From Fibrobacterota bacterium (GTDB lineage Bacteria > Fibrobacterota > Fibrobacteria > UBA11236): a DNA stretch of 10,361 nt. Where the stretch lies: positions 1-10,361 of the forward strand of contig JAYUVP010000221.1 of assembly GCA_043753995.1 (NCBI GenBank). The letters run 5' to 3'. The position numbers and the translations under genes were made by a program. Below are positions 1 through 7,129 of this stretch, piece after piece (the stretch's first letter is position 1; each line of letters starts with the position of its first letter). The notes under the pieces are model-generated. The model worked only from the letters and a program-made list of their open reading frames with translations, did no database searches and was not told where the DNA came from.

Positions 1-1086
1 CGTGACCTGGCTCAGAGCACCAGCACCCAGGAGCGCTCCGAAACCATAAGTCGCGGTGACAAATAAACCTTGCGCCCGCGCCGACAAAATCGCCGGCACC
101 TTACTTTCGAGAAAGCATTGGGCATATACCCAAAACCAGGCCATACCAAAGCCATGTGCCAACAAACCCGCATAAATCCACGCACCGCCTCCCCCTTTCG
201 CGCCAAAGGCAAGGCAGAGAAAGCGGAAGGTCCAGGCCAAAATCCCAAAAATTAAAATTGATTTTTGTGACACTATTTTTATCAAAAACGGTATCAACAA
301 TAATCCAGCCATTTCTGCCCCATAACCCAGGCCCAGGCTCAAGGAAGGAGGACCCTTTCCAAACACGGACTTTAAAAATAATGGCACGAGATTTTCATAG
401 AAGGCCAAGGGTATGGCCATGCCCGCAGCGGCCAAAATAAGCACAGCAAAGGTCCGGTCTTTCATCAGGGCAAAAGTCTCAACAAAAAGAAGGTTCTGAA
501 TATCAGGTGCTTTCGACTTCGGCAATCGATGGGTCTTCGGCAGGATAAATGCGAAAAGGCCCAGCCATAAGGCCGCTCCCGCAGCCAAGACCAAGGCCAA
601 GCGCGCCATCGCGAGGCCGTCCGAAGAATTTCTTCCGAACAAGGCTATGGCAATGAGAGCCGCCAAGCCACCCATGCTTCCGAAAATCCTCGCCCGAAGA
701 AAATCCGAGCTGTCGGAAACGGCTAAGCGAAACACCACCGCATTCACCAATGCCAAGGTGGGCAGGAAGGTAAAGGCATAGGCGAATAAAACCCAGATGA
801 GCCCGGCCGCGGAACTTTGCCGTGAGGCCAAGGCCAAAAGGCAAGCCCCGGCAACGTGCAGCCAGCCTAAAATTCGAGTCGCGGATAAATAGCGATCGAC
901 CAAAACACCCGCCACCAGGGGAAGGACCAGGGCTCCCCAGGCAGGGTTAGCATAGAGGTTACCCAGGCCACGGCCTGATTGTTTCGCCAATTCTCCCAAG
1001 GCGCTCATGGCGAAAAGCCCCAGCCCGCCCACGAAGAATTGCAAGAACATCAACAGCGCCATAGACCAGCGCAAATTCGCCTTCAA
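1..1086 (-). CDS. MFS permease, nucleoside:H+ symporter (NupG/XapB/YegT-like) family; 3' end runs off the left edge
   Basis: My own minus-strand translation is open from 1086 to 1 (362 codons; absent from the ORF track because it has no stop). Starts MKANLRWSMALLMFLQFFVGGL and contains family-like motifs GVLVDRYLSATRILGWLH, FLPTLALVNAV, FLRARIFGSMG, FALMKDRTFAV, AIPLAFYE, LAWTFRFLCLAFG, AGLLAHG, ARAQGLFVTATYGFGALLG, with many hydrophobic segments. TTG start at 1086 chosen because GGAGG lies 5 nt upstream; ATG at 1062 is an alternative. Confidence 0.88.
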   Translation of the reverse strand, partial: MKANLRWSMALLMFLQFFVGGLGLFAMSALGELAKQSGRGLGNLYANPAWGALVLPLVAGVLVDRYLSATRILGWLHVAGACLLALASRQSSAAGLIWVLFAYAFTFLPTLALVNAVVFRLAVSDSSDFLRARIFGSMGGLAALIAIALFGRNSSDGLAMARLALVLAAGAALWLGLFAFILPKTHRLPKSKAPDIQNLLFVETFALMKDRTFAVLILAAAGMAIPLAFYENLVPLFLKSVFGKGPPSLSLGLGYGAEMAGLLLIPFLIKIVSQKSILIFGILAWTFRFLCLAFGAKGGGGAWIYAGLLAHGFGMAWFWVYAQCFLESKVPAILSARAQGLFVTATYGFGALLGAGALSQVT

Positions 1087-1177
1087 ATCGCCCTCCGAGC
1101 GGTCATATTCCTGCGAGAATCCGCTCAATTTTGTATTTCATTCCATTCGGACTTCAAAGAAACGCTTCGAGGATATC

Positions 1178-1663
1178 ATGCCCACCTTGGTCGAACAAAT
1201 CAACGCCGATCTCATTGTCACCATGAAAGACCGCGACCCGGCGCATGCCCAGGAACGCGAAATGCGCCTCCTCACCTTGCGCACCTTGAACGCGGAAATC
1301 AAGGCCATTCAAGTCAATCAGCGCAAAACCCCTGAAGATGCCGATGTCATCGCCATTCTCACACGCGGCATCAAGCAATTCCGGGAAACCTTGGACAAGG
1401 CCACGGGTTCAAATCAAGCGGGCGTGGTACGCACCGACATCGCCGATCAGGAAAAAGCCAAAATCGCGATGTATGAGAAATACCTGCCCACCCAGCTTTC
1501 CCAGGCGGAAATCGAGGCCTTGGTAGGTGATGCCATAGCGCAATCGGGTGCCTCTTCGCCCAAGGACATGGGAGCCGTCATGGCCCTGGTTCGCCCCAAA
1601 ACCGCCGGCAAAGCCGATGGGAAGATGGTGAGCGAAATCGTCAAACGCAAATTAGGCGGCTAA
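1178..1663 (+). CDS. yqeY: GatB/YqeY domain-containing protein
   Basis: From ATG 1178 (GAGGA at 1169-1173): MPTLVEQINADLIVTMK...EKAKIAMYEKYLPTQLSQAEIEALV...GASSPKDMGAVMALVRPKTAGKADGKMVSEIVKRKL, the typical YqeY pattern (YLPxQLS, KDMGxVM, GKADGK). The track start at 1007 overlaps the divergent permease and is not YqeY-like. Confidence 0.92.
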   Translation: MPTLVEQINADLIVTMKDRDPAHAQEREMRLLTLRTLNAEIKAIQVNQRKTPEDADVIAILTRGIKQFRETLDKATGSNQAGVVRTDIADQEKAKIAMYEKYLPTQLSQAEIEALVGDAIAQSGASSPKDMGAVMALVRPKTAGKADGKMVSEIVKRKLGG

Positions 1664-1780
1664 GGTAGCCTGACGCCTCGTTGGCACCGCTCATTCCTAC
1701 CGCGAAGGCGTATTTCTACTAGGACAGGGAGCCATTTAGGCGCCCTGCCTGTATACTTGAGCCAACACTTAGGGAAATCC

Positions 1781-1996
1781 ATGTCGACTCTGGTTTGCTA
1801 TTGCTTTCGCGTTGAAAAGAATACCCTGGTGAAGGCCATTGAATCGGGACATCAAACTCTCGAAGCCCTGTGCCAAAACACCGGAGCGTGCCAGGGGTGT
1901 GGCGGCTGCCGCTGGGATTTGGAAGCCCTTTTGAGTTTTTATGGACCTCAAGCCCAGGTAACCCCGAATTTACCCGTTTTACCCAAGGCTAAATGA
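1781..1996 (+). CDS. Bfd-like (2Fe-2S)-binding protein
   Basis: From ATG 1781 (AGGGA at 1771-1775), 71 aa with C6-x-C8-x31-C40-x2-C43 (VCYCFRV...TGACQGCGGCR), the Fer2_BFD cysteine spacing. Confidence 0.85.
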   Translation: MSTLVCYCFRVEKNTLVKAIESGHQTLEALCQNTGACQGCGGCRWDLEALLSFYGPQAQVTPNLPVLPKAK

Positions 1997-2146
1997 ACTT
2001 TGCATTGGAAATACAGAAATACAAAGCTAATTTTTTGACCTCAAATCCGTTAATCGCGGCCAGTTTTAATGGTCAAGCGGGAGTAATTTAAAACTCTCTC
2101 AACCCAGGCCTTTGGCCAATTTCCGGCGCGCTACCGAGGCCGCCTT

Positions 2147-2153
2147 TAGGAGA
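2147..2153 (+). promoter_or_regulatory. Shine-Dalgarno sequence of xylA
   Basis: TAGGAGA at 2147-2153, 5 nt before ATG 2159. Confidence 0.75.
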
Positions 2154-2158
2154 AACAC

Positions 2159-3466
2159 ATGGCGGATTTCTTTCCCGGCATCAGCAAAATTCAATATGAA
2201 GGGCCGGATTCGAAGAATTTCATGGCCTTCAAGTATTACGACGCGAATCGCAAGGTTCAAGGCAAAACCATGGCCGAATGGTGCAAATTCGCCATTGCCT
2301 ATTGGCATACCTTTCGTGGCACCGGTAGCGATCCTTTTGGACCGGGCACCATCAAGCGTCCTTGGGAAGATGGAAGCAATTCGGTAGACAATGCCAAGCG
2401 CCGCCTCGACGCTTCTTTTGAGTTTTTCCAAAAGCTTGGCGCTCCTTATTGGTGCTGGCATGACCGGGATATCGCTCCCGAAGGCAATAGCCTCGCCGAG
2501 AGCCACAAGAATCTCGAAGCTGTCGTCGCCCATGCCAAGGAATTGCAGAAAATGTCGGGCGTGAAACTCCTCTGGGGCACGGCCAATCTGTTTTCCAATC
2601 CCCGGTTCATGAATGGCGCATCCACCAATCCCGATGCCCATGTCTATGCCTATGCAGCCGCTCAGGTGAAAAAAGCCATGGACATGACTCTCGAACTCGG
2701 TGGCGAAGGCTATGTGTTCTGGGGTGGACGCGAAGGCTATCAGAGCTTCCTCAATACCGACATCCGTCGCGAACTCGACCACATGGCGAAGTTTCTACGG
2801 GGTGCGGCAGATTACAAGAAAAAAATTGGTTTCAAGGGCACCTTGCTCATTGAACCCAAGCCCAAGGAACCCACCAAGCATCAGTATGACTTCGATGCCG
2901 CCACGGTCATGGGCTTTTTAAAGCAATACGGCCTGTCCGACGAATACAAGCTCAATATCGAAGCCAATCACGCCACCTTGGCGGGCCATAGCTTCGAGCA
3001 TGACTTGGAAACCGCCTCGCGCTACGGCATGTTGGGATCGATTGATGCCAATACCGGTGACCCCCAGCTGGGCTGGGACACCGACCAATTCAATATGGAC
3101 ACCAAGAGCACGACCTTGGCCATGTATATCGTTTTGCGTCAAGGTGGCATGCCGGTCGGCATCAATTTCGACGCCAAGGTACGCCGTGAATCCACCGACC
3201 TCGACGATTTATTCTTGGCGCATATCGGCGGCATGGATGCCATCGCAAAGGGCTTGCTCCAAGCTTCCAAAATGGTCGAAGACGGTGTCATGGCCGACTG
3301 GGTCAAGCAGCGTTATAGCAGCTATGACAGCGGCATCGGCGCTAAAATCGAGGCCGGCGCGGCTCCTTTCGAAGACCTGGAAAAATGGGCTTTGGAAAAC
3401 GGCGAACCCAAGCCGATTTCGGGCAAGCAGGAGAAATTCGAAATCCTGTTGAATCAATACGCCTAA
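2159..3466 (+). CDS. xylA: Xylose isomerase, class II
   Basis: 435 aa with hallmark motifs [99 protein letters not shown] and SGKQE. Confidence 0.98.
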   Translation: MADFFPGISKIQYEGPDSKNFMAFKYYDANRKVQGKTMAEWCKFAIAYWHTFRGTGSDPFGPGTIKRPWEDGSNSVDNAKRRLDASFEFFQKLGAPYWCWHDRDIAPEGNSLAESHKNLEAVVAHAKELQKMSGVKLLWGTANLFSNPRFMNGASTNPDAHVYAYAAAQVKKAMDMTLELGGEGYVFWGGREGYQSFLNTDIRRELDHMAKFLRGAADYKKKIGFKGTLLIEPKPKEPTKHQYDFDAATVMGFLKQYGLSDEYKLNIEANHATLAGHSFEHDLETASRYGMLGSIDANTGDPQLGWDTDQFNMDTKSTTLAMYIVLRQGGMPVGINFDAKVRRESTDLDDLFLAHIGGMDAIAKGLLQASKMVEDGVMADWVKQRYSSYDSGIGAKIEAGAAPFEDLEKWALENGEPKPISGKQEKFEILLNQYA

Positions 3467-3496
3467 AGGCGAACCTTCCTAAAACCCTGTTTCTTG

Positions 3497-3531
3497 AACA
3501 AGCCCGCTTCATCGCGGGCTTGTTTCTTTTT
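3497..3531 (+). terminator. Rho-independent terminator after xylA
   Basis: Perfect 11-bp stem AACAAGCCCGC (3497-3507) / GCGGGCTTGTT (3514-3524), 6-nt loop TTCATC, followed by TCTTTTT; 30 nt after the xylA stop. Confidence 0.9.
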
Positions 3532-3542
3532 GGGACTTAGGG

Positions 3543-3591
3543 CTTCGGAGCCATTAAAGCCTACCACCACGAAGTCAAGCGGGCTCCGAAG
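3543..3591. repeat. 10-bp perfect inverted repeat with 29-nt spacer upstream of the Ton operon
   Basis: CTTCGGAGCC (3543-3552) and GGCTCCGAAG (3582-3591). The repeat is seen directly; its function is unknown. Confidence 0.6.
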
Positions 3592-3695
3592 GGCTGATTT
3601 TGTAAGTTGCAGCCCCGGTCTGGTTTGCCAAGCGGCGGGGCCCGACCGAATCCACTTTGGCCTTCCTTTCCCAGGGGAAAGCCCAGGAGCCCACC

Positions 3696-4535
3696 GTGTC
3701 TACCCTGAAAAGCCTTGCCCTGGCCGTCCTCTGTGCAGGATGGGTTGCCGTTCGAGCCCAGGAAACCTTGTCCTCCGTGCAACGTGATTTGGATCGCGTC
3801 GAAAAAGAAATCGATCGCGAGAAGGAATTGCATAAGCAGGAACGTAAGCGATCCACCGAATTTGAAGCGCAAAAAGCAGAAAAATTGCAGGCCCTGCAAG
3901 AGCAAGGCAAGCTGACCCAGGCACGTATCGACAGCCTCAAACGCGGAGTCGAAAAAGCCCGGCATGTCAAGACCGCGCATAAGAGCCAGGCCCAATTTTA
4001 CGCAGGCAAAGAAAAGGAATTCCGCAAATCCTTGGCAGCCTCGCTCCGTCGCTTGGCTGAGGACTTGCGGCAAGACTTCCCGTATCAGCGTGAAAAGAGA
4101 GTGTCGGATTGCGAAGAGCTGGCCAAGTCGGTTGAGGCAGGCACATCGACTGCCGATGAATCTTTGAATCGCCTCACCAACATTTTGACCGCGTCACTCG
4201 ATTTCGCTTCAGGAGTTGAGATTTATTCCGGTGTTTATTCCGCCGTTTCTGGCGGCAATCACCCAGGAACCTATTTGCGGTTGGGAGCGGCTTACTTGGC
4301 TTTCATTTCCGAAGACGGAAAATTGGGAGCCTTGCTGAATCCCGGCGTCAAAGGATATCGCTGGATGGATACCGATTTACCCGTCGCCTCTCGCGATGCC
4401 CTAGCCGCCGCCGTGCGCGTGGCGCAAGGCAAGGAAAGTCCACGACTTGTGGGCTTGCCTGTAGCGATGGGAGAAACCTCCCCCGCCACACCCTCCGCCC
4501 CTGTCACCAGCGATACCGCGAAGGTGAAGCCATGA
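3696..4535 (+). CDS. DUF3450-family exported coiled-coil protein (TtpB-like, TonB2-type system)
   Basis: GTG 3696 with AGGAG at 3685-3689 gives a signal peptide MSTLKSLALAVLCAGWVAVRA|QE, a long E/K/Q-rich coiled coil, then DFPYQREKRV, YLRLGAAYLAFISEDG, YRW and LVGLPV, as in DUF3450. Position directly before a TtpC-like gene fits. Confidence 0.75.
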   Translation: MSTLKSLALAVLCAGWVAVRAQETLSSVQRDLDRVEKEIDREKELHKQERKRSTEFEAQKAEKLQALQEQGKLTQARIDSLKRGVEKARHVKTAHKSQAQFYAGKEKEFRKSLAASLRRLAEDLRQDFPYQREKRVSDCEELAKSVEAGTSTADESLNRLTNILTASLDFASGVEIYSGVYSAVSGGNHPGTYLRLGAAYLAFISEDGKLGALLNPGVKGYRWMDTDLPVASRDALAAAVRVAQGKESPRLVGLPVAMGETSPATPSAPVTSDTAKVKP

Positions 4536-6019
4536 AAAAGTCCGCCACGCTTTTGGTTTTTTTCTCCGCCTTGGGGCTCGCCATTCAGAGCCCGCTTGCC
4601 CAAGTCTCGGTGAATGAGAATAGCGAAAAGCTCGAAGCCCTGAAGCAAGAGCTGGAATCGGCGCGCCAAATGCGCGACAAAGTGATTGCCAAGCGCTGGG
4701 AAGATCGGCAAAAGGACAATGAAGCGCGAGAGAAATTCAATCAGGACTATGACGACCTGAAGAACAAGCTCGAAATCAAAACCCAAGACGCCGATCGCCT
4801 GCACGAAGAAATTCAGAGTTTGCAAAAAGACGCGGAAGAAGCCGAGGCCGAGGCGGACAATGCGCGCGTGCAATACGCCACTTTAGCTGGGATACTTCGC
4901 GATCGCATCGGAGAAATTTCCAGCGGCATGGGTAAGGGCTTTCCCGTGCAAATGGCCGAGCGTCAGCAAAGCGTGAATCAATTGCTCAAGGACTCCGAAG
5001 TCAAGCAAGATGCCCCCTCGGAATTGGTTGAATCTTTATTGTCCTGGTTCCGTGGAGAATTGGCCTTAACGCGCCAGACCGTGCTTGAGAAACGCGAATT
5101 CGTCATGGCCGATAGACAAATCGGCGAAGGCTCTTTACTGCGCATCGGCACCATTGCCTCGGCCTATCAGGACGCGAAAACCGGAAAGGTTGGCTTATTG
5201 CTCAAATCAGCCGCATCCACCGGCGCCAATCCTTGGGAATGGCATGAGAATTTGACCGAGGGGGACCGAAAGTCTCTCACCCAAGCATTTACAGCCTTAA
5301 ACGGCAATGGCTCCGGTCTCGTGCTTTTGCCCGCCGACATATTGATGAATCAAAGTCAGGCCCGAAGCTATACCGAAGCGAAGAAAATGAGCTTCTTCGA
5401 AAGCATTCGACACATGATCAAGACGGGTGGCGTCTTCATGTGGCCCTTGCTAGCCATACCGCTGGTGGTGCTCTATCTGTTTTTCGGCAAGCTTATCCTG
5501 ATACTCGGAAGCAGCGGGGGAAAGCGTAAGGACTTCGAAGCCATTCTCGCTCTCGCTCGCGAAGGTAAGTCTTCCGCCGCCGCCGACAGAGCAGCGCAAG
5601 TGAAAAAAAGTTTGGTGGCCGCTACCATGGCCGCCGCTTGCGGAAAGCCCGGAGGCAGCCGCGAATCCGCCGAGAAAGCCGTGAAAGAATTGCTTTTGCA
5701 GGAAGTGCCGCGTCTGGAAAGACAACTCACCACCTTGTCGGTGATGGCCGCAGCCGCCCCCTTGCTGGGGCTCTTAGGAACCGTGTCCGGCCTTATTGCC
5801 ATGTTCCAAGTCATCACGGATCATGGAGTGAATGATCCCAAACTTTTAGCGGGCGGTATCGGCGAGGCCCTTATCGCTACCGAAACCGGCCTTTTGGTCG
5901 CCATACCCACCTTGATTGGCCACAATTGGCTTGCCAATCGCGTCGACCATCTGGTTTCCGATGCGGAAGCTTATGCCCTCAAGGTCTTGAATGCGCTATG
6001 GCCCAAGGGCCATGGTTAA
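4532..6019 (+). CDS. TtpC-like protein: large periplasmic N-terminal region fused to a C-terminal MotA/TolQ/ExbB proton-channel domain
   Basis: 495 aa; signal peptide, coiled coil, then GGVFMWPLL and APLLGLLGTVSGLIAMF...DPKLLAGGIGEALIATETGLLVAIP. Start overlaps the upstream stop (ATGA, 4532-4535). Confidence 0.87.
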   Translation: MKKSATLLVFFSALGLAIQSPLAQVSVNENSEKLEALKQELESARQMRDKVIAKRWEDRQKDNEAREKFNQDYDDLKNKLEIKTQDADRLHEEIQSLQKDAEEAEAEADNARVQYATLAGILRDRIGEISSGMGKGFPVQMAERQQSVNQLLKDSEVKQDAPSELVESLLSWFRGELALTRQTVLEKREFVMADRQIGEGSLLRIGTIASAYQDAKTGKVGLLLKSAASTGANPWEWHENLTEGDRKSLTQAFTALNGNGSGLVLLPADILMNQSQARSYTEAKKMSFFESIRHMIKTGGVFMWPLLAIPLVVLYLFFGKLILILGSSGGKRKDFEAILALAREGKSSAAADRAAQVKKSLVAATMAAACGKPGGSRESAEKAVKELLLQEVPRLERQLTTLSVMAAAAPLLGLLGTVSGLIAMFQVITDHGVNDPKLLAGGIGEALIATETGLLVAIPTLIGHNWLANRVDHLVSDAEAYALKVLNALWPKGHG

Positions 6020-6052
6020 CTCGGCAGAGACGTAACGGCGAAGAGACGACCC

Positions 6053-6706
6053 ATGCTGGCTACCTGGACAAATACTTGGCATGCTATGTGGCTGCTCTTG
6101 CAGCATGGCGGCTGGGTCATGCTGGCCATTTTTGCGGTTGGGCAATTGGGCTGGTTTCTCGCCTGCGAACGGTGGTGGACCTATCGGCGATTGCAAGGAG
6201 ATGGCCGCAAATTCTGGAAAACCTATGGAGGCAAGCCCGTCGCGGAAATCGCCGCCTCGGTTGCCAAGGGTGACAAAACGAAAGGCCTTCTGGGACAAGT
6301 GGCCCGCGCCATAGCCGAGAGGCGTAACCAGGGTCGCGAAGGCATGGTGGTTAAGGCCCGCGAGGTTTTGGCAACCGAAGTACCGTCCTTGAATCGTCAT
6401 CTCAATACCTTAGCCGTACTCGCGGGGGCCGCTCCTTTGCTGGGCTTAGCAGGAACCGTGATCGGGATTATGGAAACCTTTAAAGCCATCACCCAATACG
6501 GTGCTGGCAATCCTGCCATGCTGGCGGGAGGGATAGCCCAAGCCTTGATGGTCACGGAAGCTGGCTTGGTGGTGGCCTTTCCCCTGCTACTCTGCCACAA
6601 TTATTTGCAAAATCAGGCCGATCACATCGAGTCTGAAAGCGTTGAAACCGCCACCCGACTCATTCATGTTTTTGAAGGCGCCACCGCCCAGGAAGGAAGG
6701 CTTTGA
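6053..6706 (+). CDS. exbB: MotA/TolQ/ExbB proton channel protein
   Basis: GGWVMLAI first TM, APLLGLAGTVIGIMETF, LAGGIAQALMVTEAGLVVAFP; directly upstream of exbD and tonB. The exact start codon is uncertain. Confidence 0.9.
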   Translation: MLATWTNTWHAMWLLLQHGGWVMLAIFAVGQLGWFLACERWWTYRRLQGDGRKFWKTYGGKPVAEIAASVAKGDKTKGLLGQVARAIAERRNQGREGMVVKAREVLATEVPSLNRHLNTLAVLAGAAPLLGLAGTVIGIMETFKAITQYGAGNPAMLAGGIAQALMVTEAGLVVAFPLLLCHNYLQNQADHIESESVETATRLIHVFEGATAQEGRL

Positions 6707-7122
6707 TGCTCTCCGGCGATGAATTCGGCCTGCGCCCCAAGGTGCGCCGAGTCGCGGAAATCAATCTGATCAACATGATCGACATGTTGTTCTTTCTCTT
6801 GGTTTTTTTCGTGCTCACCAGCAGCTTCACCAGCGAAACCGGCCTGGATATCAATAAGCCCAAGGCCAGTACGGCGAAAACTCTAAGCCGTCAACCCGTG
6901 CTCATTGCCTTGTCCCGCGATGGATCCATTCATGTGAATGAAAGTCCCGTCAGCCTCAAGGGCTTGGCTGCCGTGCTAAGGCAATATGCTACCCAGGACC
7001 CGGATCGGGCCGTGGTCATTGTCGCCGACCGCGAAGGTCAAATCGCCCAAGCGGTGGACATCCTGGATGCTTGCAATATTGCCGGTGTGAAAAAGGTCTC
7101 GATTTCCGCTTTAAAGGAATGA
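6706..7122 (+). CDS. exbD: Biopolymer transporter ExbD
   Basis: EINLINMIDMLFFLLVFFVLTSSF TM with the conserved Asp, INKPKAST, VVIVADRE, AGVKKVSI. ATG 6706 overlaps the exbB stop (TGATG) with AGGAAGG upstream. Confidence 0.93.
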   Translation: MLSGDEFGLRPKVRRVAEINLINMIDMLFFLLVFFVLTSSFTSETGLDINKPKASTAKTLSRQPVLIALSRDGSIHVNESPVSLKGLAAVLRQYATQDPDRAVVIVADREGQIAQAVDILDACNIAGVKKVSISALKE

Positions 7123-7129
7123 CCTAAAC

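Noticed and set aside
12..844. Short track ORFs 12-248, 70-255, 156-440 and 503-844
   Set aside because: All are alternative-frame or antisense shadows of the continuous permease frame; there is no frameshifted pseudogene.
1007..1177. N-terminal extension of the YqeY ORF given in the track
   Set aside because: It overlaps the start of the minus-strand permease and has no YqeY character; ATG 1178 has a good SD.
1682..1697. TGGCAC as a possible sigma-54 -24 box
   Set aside because: The -12 position reads ATTC instead of TTGC.
2099..2782. 227-aa antisense ORF over xylA, and similar antisense ORFs at 3561-4073, 4292-4873, 5996-6400 and 7406-7804
   Set aside because: Antisense shadows of well-supported genes with no recognisable motifs, expected from codon bias.
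3657..3695. TTG start at 3657 for the DUF3450 gene
   Set aside because: GTG 3696 has AGGAG at suitable spacing and places the signal peptide at the N-terminus.
6012..6052. ttpC and exbB share a frame separated by one TAA; mini-ORF MVNSAET at 6012-6035; AGAGACG repeated twice
   Set aside because: A shared frame has a one-in-three chance, TAA is a poor readthrough codon, both proteins are complete alone, and the repeat is too short to be meaningful.
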